The notes under the pieces are model-generated. The model worked only from the letters and a program-made list of their open reading frames with translations. It did not search any database and was not told where the DNA came from. A program made the translations under genes and the position numbers. A DNA stretch of 64,000 nt. Origin: Eledone cirrhosa. Its lineage: Eukaryota. Numbering within the stretch: the first letter of the stretch is position 1; every line of letters starts with the position of its first letter. Positions 55,848 through 64,000 of the stretch are shown here, piece after piece. The stretch is taken from contig OZ024751.1 of NCBI GenBank assembly GCA_964016885.1, forward strand, positions 50,592,001 to 50,656,000, in the 5' to 3' direction.

Positions 55848-58059
55848 ATCCTAAAATAATTAATTTATCTAAAAGAGATCTTGACAATGATGAAATGCAA
55901 ATTTTGTCAAAAGGACTGAAATTCACACCGACTCCAACAGTCAACCACCAAGAACTGAAGGAGGATACCCAAGAATTCTGTCGAAAATTACGTCTTGTAG
56001 AATTCTTCGCTGATAAAAATAATGAGAGTGATGAATCACTAGTAAAGAATAAATCAAATTTCACTCCGCCAAAAGGAAGAAATATTTATCTCGACCAATA
56101 CATTGACATCCTGTCTAAATTTCCTCTTAGACATAATACTAATGTTAGGCCAAATATTAACAAATCAGAAATGTCTGCACTTAAACGTATACAAAATGAT
56201 AAAACAATAATAATTAAACAAGCAGATAAAGGGGGTGCAGTTGTTATAATGGATACTGAATACTACAAGGATTTGGTTGAGGAACAACTGAAAGACACAA
56301 CATTCTATCATGAAATACCGTCAAATATAGACCACAACATCATGAAGAAGATCAACAACCTGGCTTCAAAATACCACAACTCATTTACTGATAAGGAAAG
56401 AGACTACATCACCAATTTTGAGCCGAAACCCAGCAACCTGTATGGCCTACCGAAAGTTCACAAGTCAAAAGAAATACAACTGGCAGTAAGAGAACAAAAC
56501 AGTGAGTACATTAAATTATTACACCCAAAAGACTTAAAACTTAGACCTATTATAGCTGGTCCAACATGCCCCACTCACCGTCTAAGCAATTTTGTTGACA
56601 TTATTTTGAAACCACTATGTATTCACATACCCAGTTTCATCCGGGATGATATCGACTTCCTGTCCCATCTTCCCAAAACCACGGAAACGAATTCACTTCT
56701 ACTCAGTTTTGATGTGGTAAGCCTTTACACCAACATTACACATGATTTAGGAATAAAGGCGGTTAAATACTGGGTGGAAAAACATAGAGAAGTGATTCCC
56801 ATTAGATTCACAGCGCCATTTATATTAGACGCAGTTAAACTTATTCTGGAAAACAACACTTTCTTCTTCAATGGAAAGAATTACATCCAAATTAGAGGCA
56901 CAGCGATGGGAACGAAGTTTGCTCCCGTTTACGCGAACAACAACTCTACCAAGAAATAGAGGAAAAATATAGTATTGACTTTAGAAAGTACATTGAAAAA
57001 TCTTGGAAGAGATACCTTGACGACTGTTTCATCATCTGGACAGAATCTCTAGATACTCTGGATGAGTTCAATATCCTCCTGAATAACCTACACCCATCTC
57101 TCCAATTCACAAAAGAGATGAGTAGGACCAAATTACCATTCCTAGATATAATTATAATCAAAAACGACACCACCATTACCACGGATATATATTATAAACA
57201 CACAGACACCCATCAATATCTGAATTTTAAGTCGTGCCATCCACCTCATACAAAACGCAACATCCCATACTGCCTAGCCAGAAGAATTTGTACCATTGTA
57301 GAAGATACGAATACCAGGTACAAACGCCTAACAGAACTAAGAGAATTTTTGCTCAAACAAAAATACCCATCTCTACTTATAGAAAATGGCATACAGCGGG
57401 CTATAAAAATACCTATACAACAACTTAGAACAACCCAAGGAAGAAGAAACCAAGAACTGGTCATACCATTTATAATGACACACAACCCATGTCACCAGAA
57501 TATATTCAACACTGCCAAAGCAAACCTACCGATCATCGCTCAAAGTAATGAATTAAAAGGCTTAATCACAGATCGATCTTTGACTCTTAGTAAAAGACAG
57601 CCAAAAAATTTGAAGCAATTGCTAACAAAAGCAAAGTTTGACCTTAACAACAAAGACCAATCATTCACTGTATCTAAATGCAATGATAATCGATGCGGCA
57701 CATGTCAATCCATACACGCCGGTCAATATATGAAAACAAAAACTGGAAAAATATTCCCAAATGCAAATATGAACTGCAAAAGCAGAAATCTAATTTACTG
57801 CATTAAATGCCCGAATTGTGAAGAACTATATGTCGGTCAAACTGGAAATGCACTATCGGAACGTGCACGGGTACACCGTCAACAAATCAGAGACCCAAAT
57901 GTCCGTCAGATACCCCTAAGCGGCCACCTGGCAACATGTGGTCAGGGAATATTTATAATATTCCCATTCTACAAATTACACAGCCCAAGTGAAATCAAGA
58001 GAAAAATCAAAGAAAAGAATTTTATTGATAAATTCAAACCCAAGCTAAATGAACAATAA
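55769..58059 (+). pseudogene. PLE reverse transcriptase/GIY-YIG ORF broken by one small frameshifting deletion at ~56935
   Basis: Frame of the 55895 ORF is open from 55754. After APVYAN the reading continues in another frame (EQQLYQEIEEKY...WKRYLDDCFIIW) into ORF 57118-58059. Confidence 0.85.
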
Positions 58060-58436
58060 TAACGCCTAGGGGTATTACTTCTACTACCACTATGACCACG
58101 ACCACTAACAACAACAACAACAACAATTATAATAATAATAATAAAAGTGATGTTGATGGTGATGATTAATAGAAAATGCTATTTTCATCATTTCAAAAAG
58201 CAAAACAATTGATACGTTGGGTATGACTATTGGACGTTAGCATGCTCAACCAGCCGTGACGCTTAAACCAATCAGCTGTAGTAATTCAGTCAAACTACAC
58301 ACTGATTGGTCGAAATACAGTTTACAGGGCTTTGCATTCTGGAGCCACTTTTCTCTGTATAGAATGTATAAAAGGTAGTAAATTTACCCATCTCATTACA
58401 GTTGAAAATTGCAAACTCGACTGTCACCACATATCA

Positions 58437-58475
58437 TGAACCTGAAGATTGCGAAAGCATGAAAGTACTTGTTCA
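58437..58475 (+). ncRNA. Minimal type I hammerhead ribozyme in the Neptune-like PLE 3' region
   Basis: TGAAC-CTGAAGA-TTGC GAAA GCAT-GAAA-GTAC-TT-GTTCA: perfect stem I, GNRA-capped stem II with U.U at its base, palindromic stem III AGTACT. Confidence 0.8.
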
Positions 58476-58761
58476 ATTAACACTTAGAATTTAATATTCT
58501 AGCATACTATTTCATTATAATACCATATTATATATATTTTAAAGGATTGTAAATAAAACGAGTAAATCAGACAAAGTTGGAATTCCTCTTATTAATATAA
58601 TCTTCTATACACAATCATACACACCCGTGTATATTTACCTATCTATATCTATCTATATATATATATATATATATTTTAAATATATATATATATATATAAT
58701 ATATATATTTTAAATATATATATATATATAATATATATATATATATATAATATATATATAT

Positions 58762-61700
58762 TAGGATTACCTAAGGAGTATTAAGGATAATATTGGAAAC
58801 TTGGAGAAAACAGAGAACATTCTGGTGAAGTCGGACAAAACTAATAATCTTTATGGAATACAGAAGGACATGTATAACGACCTTATATTGAAAGAACTAA
58901 GGAAAAAGTACAAGGTTGCAAATAAGGACGAACTTGAAAAACTGAATACAGATGCATCTTGTATAATGCATGAATTAGACATTGAGAATAAAATACAACC
59001 CTAGGAAAACCTAAGATCAATATGAAGGATCACAAAAGAAACTTTGAAAATGATTTACCAGTCAGATTAATTGCACCATCTAAATCTGACCTGGGCAAAC
59101 TTAGCAAAAATATTCTAGACAGGGTAATACAACAAATTAAAAACTTATCTAATTTATCTTACTTAAAATTATGGAAAGAGACGAGTGAGGTTATTGATTG
59201 GTTTAAAGAAATTAAATATAACTATAATAATAAGTTTATTCAGCTGGATATTGCTAACTACTACTCATCTATCACTCCTAATCTACTGAATAAGGCACTA
59301 AATTACGCATTTAAACATACTGACCTAACTAGCAATGAAATGCACATTATATTATCGGCAAGGAAAACATTGATAGAATTTAATAACCAACTCTGGACTA
59401 GGGCAGATAGAAATAATAATTTCGACATAACTATGGGATCATCAGACTCAGCTCAGGTAACGGACCGTGTGGGCCTATTTATAATTAATTCGCTACATAG
59501 AAAAATACCAGGTGTAACCGGAGGCTTATATCGTGATGACATGCTTTTACTTATACAAAATAATAGCTGTGAACTAAATAGGAAAAGAAAACAAATTATA
59601 CAATTTTTTAATTACCATAATCTAAAAGTCGAAATAGAGAATAACCATAAAATAGTCAATTTTCTTGACGTAACACTAAATCTCAACACATGTCTTCATT
59701 ATCCATTTCACAAACTAAATGAGAACTTGAATTATGTTAATTTTAACTCTAATCACCCCAGATCTGTTAAAAATACTATAGTGAACTCTGTTCAAGAAAG
59801 AATTTCAAGAATTTCATCTAATAAAAATATATTTGGTGAAAAAGCGCAGTATTACAACGAAGCGTTAGGTAGAGCTGGATATAGAAATGAAATTAAATAC
59901 ATTGATAATAATAATAATAAGCAAACTAACCAAAATAATAACAATTTTAATTATGGTAACAACTTTAGCAACTATAATAGAAAACATTACAATAATTCCA
60001 AAAGCCGAAAAAGAAATAGAACTAGAAACATATTATGGTTTGCTCCCCCTTTCTCACTAAATATTAAAACCCCTATTGCTAAACTATTCTTTAAAGCTCT
60101 TGACAAACGCTTCCCTAGAACACATAAATATTACTCAATTTTTAATAGACACACTATAAAATTAACTTACTCGTCCACCAAAAATTTAGCACAAAATATT
60201 AATAGAATTAATAATAGAAATTTAAAACCTAACCAAAATACAAATAATAACCCAAGCAATGTTCAATTGAATAACTGTAACTGTAGAAATAAATCTAACT
60301 GTCCGTTAAATAACAACTGCTTAGCTAAAAATGTAGTGTACAATTGTAATGTTAAAACTAATTTAAATTCGTTCAAATATGTTGGTTCTACCTCGACTGA
60401 ATTTAAATTTCGCTTCAATAATTCTTTCACAGATAAATTCTTTCACAGATCCAAACAAAAAATCCTCAACTTCGCTATCTAGCCTACTATGGGACCTAAA
60501 ACGAGATAATGTTAAATATTCGATGACTTGGAATATTATTTCATAAGCTACTCCTTTTAATTCCTCTTCAGAAAATTGTGATCTTTGTATTGAAGAAATA
60601 TTCTTTATATTAAAGTCCAAAAATTCCCTTAATTTAAGGAACAATTTATTCAGTTGCTGCAGACATAGATTGAACTCAACGTTTGAATATAAATATAAAT
60701 TTAAAATGTAGTATAATTAATTAAGTAATTTAGTTAATATATAAAACCTGTCGATAAATCATTAGATTCCTTCACCTTTTTCTTTTTAAACTTTCTTCAT
60801 AAATATAAACATAGATATAATAAACTACTTTAAAATGTCTACACTTACAATATCTTAAATAAAATATACGTAGGATAAATTTCTATACTAAATATAAGGA
60901 TATCTGTAGAATCCTTGGTTTTTTAAATCTTTTAAATTTTTGAATTTTGAAAATTTTTTTAATTCTTTTTGAAATTTTTTGAAATTTTTAGATCTTTAAA
61001 TTTTTAAATTTTTAAATTATATTGATATAATATTTATTTAACTTTTATTTAATTTTATTTTTATTTATTTTTATTTATTTTTATTAGTTTTTATTAGTTT
61101 TGCTTTGATTCTGATAGCTTCTCATAATTCTCATAAGTATACCCTTTCAATATTTTGATTGAAATATAAGTAGGATAATTTTCTATACTAAATATATGAA
61201 ACATATTATTTTAACTTAAGATACTCTATAGTGTTTTAAAGATATTTAATGCTTTGACATTTCTAGAATTCGTTTGTCCTTTTGACTATATTGATATGGT
61301 TGTATTTCCAAAATATAATCCTTTGGTATTTTAAATTTATATTGGTATAATTATATTTCCAAAGTATAATCCTTAGTAATATATTGATATTTGATTATCT
61401 CTATACAAAAGTATATGTGTGTGTATTAACATGCATATAAAAGTGTTATAGGTTTTTTATGATTGTATATATGTCTGTATGTATACATGAGCGATGCCTG
61501 ATGGCGCACGCAGATATTTATTTATACATATATAGGTGTATATGTATATGTGTGTGTGTATGTATATGTGTGGGTAAAAGTTATGTTGCATAACCACGCA
61601 GTTTGGATTGCAGAAATGTTAAATGTATGAATGGTAATCATATATACGAAGTCATGAATGTTAATCGTATATATTTATGTGTATGTATACTGTGAACTTT

Positions 61701-61803
61701 TTATAACACAACGAATGTATAGCAGTGATTAAGAGAAATCGTCTGCGCTTTATATGTCTATATTGTTGACCTGAGTAAATATAATTTCTATTTTCAGGAC
61801 GTG

Positions 61804-61884
<81 letters not shown>

Positions 61885-62595
61885 GTGTCTTTCTCTAGCA
61901 ATGTGTACATTTTGGAGATTAAACCCAAATTTTAGTATATTGATCTCAAGGTTTAAACTAAACATATAGTCATTATTAAACAATGTTTAATTTCTCATAT
62001 TATATATCTATGTCCCATTCATGAATATTAATATGTATATTTTTATTATTCATTTCATATGAATTGTTAACTCAACTTAACATGACATGACGTAAAGTTT
62101 TCATAATCTCCCTCTCTCTCTATTGAACATTTCTCTCTCTTGAGTTTTTCTATCTGTCTGTTGACTTAATATCTCTGTTGCTTTCCTCTGTTTTTCTTAT
62201 TTCTTCCTTTTTTCTTCTTTCTTCCTTTCCTCCTGTCTTTACTTATCTCTTTCTTTTTTTCTCCATGCATCTCTCTCTCTCTCCGATATTTCTCCACGTT
62301 TTTTCTTTCTCTCCGTCTTTTTCTTTCTCTCCGTTTTTTTTTCTTTCTCTCCGTCTTTTTCTAATTGTCCTTAACACTATGACTTATTAAAGTTATATAA
62401 ACAATTCACTATCCGGATGACTTCCAAAAACAATGGTTGCATTTTAATAGGGTACGTCAAAGCTTATTTGTAAAACTGTTAGATATTGTATTTTGTCTGA
62501 TGAAGGCATACCATAATTTAATTTGGTATCCCTGAAATATGTATAATGAAATAAATATGGTTTTATAAATATAGTTTCCATTTATTAATATCGTA
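58762..62595 (+). mobile_element. Naiad-like Penelope-like element, 5' truncated, ORF pseudogenised (to 60711), long AT-rich 3' region
   Basis: KSDKTNNLY, KDHK..VRLIAPSKS, LDIANYY, ITMGS, GLYRDD, FLDVTLNL, SNHP, WFAPPFS, CNC.....CPL...CL, YVGST, CDLC, CCRH. Stops near 59004 and 60545; aattctttcacagat duplication near 60420; hammerhead just before the terminal TA run. Confidence 0.88.
62489..62553 (+). ncRNA. Type I hammerhead ribozyme at the 3' end of the Naiad-like PLE
   Basis: TATTTTGT-CTGATGA-AGGCATACCA..TGGTATCCCT-GAAA-TATGTA-TA-ATGAAATA; 8-bp stem I with two G.U, intact core. Confidence 0.8.
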
Positions 62596-62680
62596 TATAT
62601 ATAATATATATATTTTAAATATATATATATAATATATATATTTTAAATATATATATATAATATATATATTTTATATATAT

Positions 62681-62712
<32 letters not shown>

Positions 62713-62777
62713 ATATATATATTTTAAATATATATATATATATATAATATATATATATATATATAATATATATATAA

Positions 62778-62846
<69 letters not shown>

Positions 62847-63079
62847 TATATATATATATAAAATAGATATAAAATATATATATATATATATAAAATATAT
62901 ATATATATAAAATATATATATATATATATATATAAAATATATATATTTTAAATATATATAATATATTTAAAATATATATATATATATATATATAAAATAT
63001 ATATATTTTAAATATATATAATATATTTAAAATATATATATTTAAAATATATATATTATTTATATATATATATAATATA

Positions 63080-63121
<42 letters not shown>

Positions 63122-63229
63122 TATATTATTTATATATATATATATAATATATATATATATTATATATATATATAATATATATATATTATATATATATATA
63201 AATAATATATATATTTTAAATATAAATTA

Positions 63230-64000
63230 ATAAAATAATGAATAAACAAAGAAACAGTTCCTTATATTAAAAAAATTCATCATTTTACGATCGTTTCTAG
63301 GATATATATGTGTTAGAGTTGGTATGCATATTCTATAGATCTATGTACAATATTTATACAAACTATCAGAGGAAATATACATACCTACACATATATATGC
63401 TGTCTTCAGAAATAATGATATTTGTTTATTGAAAAAAACAAAGATTCAATACAATAGGTCTGTTTGGGAACAGGTTTTGAATTGACTAATAGAGAGATAG
63501 TGAGGGTCAAGATAGTAATATAGTAGTAGAAGAACCTTAAATTATGGGTAGAGGAAGGTAGATTTCAGTTTTGGATGGAAAAGAATATTATGAATGAAGG
63601 ATTATTTTAGGGAAGAAAATAGGTCATATGCTGACCTCAGAAATAAATATATTTGTTCATTGAATAAAACCAACAAACATCTAATATATTGTGTCTGTTT
63701 GGTAAGAGGTTTAGAATTAACCAATAGAAAGTTAATAATTGGCCAAATGGTAAAATAGTAGTAACTGAAGCTTATTTTAGGGGTGAAAATAGGTCAGGTG
63801 GTCAGTAAAAGGTATACAAGCAGTTGCTGTTATAAAATAGTAATGCCAATGTAAATATCTAAGGAGACTAAAGTTTTACGATAAGAGTGTTAGTGAAAAA
63901 AATACATCTATGAAAAGAATATAAATCAATTTAATTGATGGGTATATTTAAAATGATAAAATTATACTAATACATATAGATATGATAAATAAGAGTTAGA
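63230..64000 (-). mobile_element. Probable 3' end of another PLE continuing beyond the window
   Basis: Starts at a (TA)n edge and carries a minus-strand hammerhead ~50 nt from the end, like the neighbouring PLE; no ORF in the window. Confidence 0.55.
63278..63417 (-). ncRNA. Type I hammerhead ribozyme with ~105-nt stem II
   Basis: Minus strand CATTATTT-CTGAAGA-CAGCATATATATGTGTAG...CTAACACATATATATCCTA-GAAA-CGATCG-TA-AAATGATG; palindromic stem III, GUA cleavage triplet. Confidence 0.75.

Larger units (their letters stand above)
55303..58655 (+). mobile_element. Neptune-like Penelope-like element (RT + GIY-YIG), 5' truncated, between (TA)n runs
   Basis: INLS..LSKGLKFTP, KQADKGGAVV, YGLPKVHK, FDVVSLYTNI, GTAMG, RYLDD, FLD, SCHP, Cys linker C...RC..C, NLIYCIKC..C...YVGQT; stop at 58059. 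Confidence 0.92.

Noticed and set aside
58762-60711. Selenocysteine-encoding Naiad (some Naiads use UGA for Sec)
   Set aside because: Conserved Cys positions are Cys codons in both Naiad-like copies; stops seen here are TAG/TAA. The ATGA..AAAA at ~54027 has too short a helix for a SECIS.

Overview
Eukaryotic, AT-rich, repeat-dense animal DNA. The SINE/RTE families and extreme (TA)n content suggest a coleoid cephalopod such as an octopus (inference). Bases 1-18.2 kb hold the last 11 coding exons (+ strand, all GT-AG, 1221 nt, 406 aa + stop) of an NDR-family kinase (STK38/STK38L/tricornered); its 5' exons are outside the window. Convergent with it is an intronless SLC25A45-like mitochondrial carrier (33332-34252, -) followed by a genomic A23 tract, as in a retrogene. 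The rest is repeats: RTE and CRE-like non-LTR fragments, three SINE types, Tc1/mariner-type MITEs, minisatellites, a 3.8-kb (TA)n tract, and a 9.35-kb 58/59-bp satellite with a 1575-bp higher-order repeat. From 50.9 kb to the end is a cluster of Penelope-like elements (PLEs; two Naiad-like, one Neptune-like, one probable 3' end) inserted in TA-rich arrays. Most notable: (i) seven hammerhead-ribozyme-like motifs, four tied to recognisable PLE ORFs, some with ~80-105-nt stem II; (ii) an in-frame U-UUU-UUA slippery site joining an upstream ORF to the RT ORF of the Neptune-like PLE (candidate programmed -1 frameshift); (iii) one tRNA/CORE-like SINE head with two different tails, one RTE-derived and one tail-less and inserted in (TA)n like the PLEs. 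Almost all long ORFs in the supplied track are microsatellite artefacts. All alignments and folds were done by eye.
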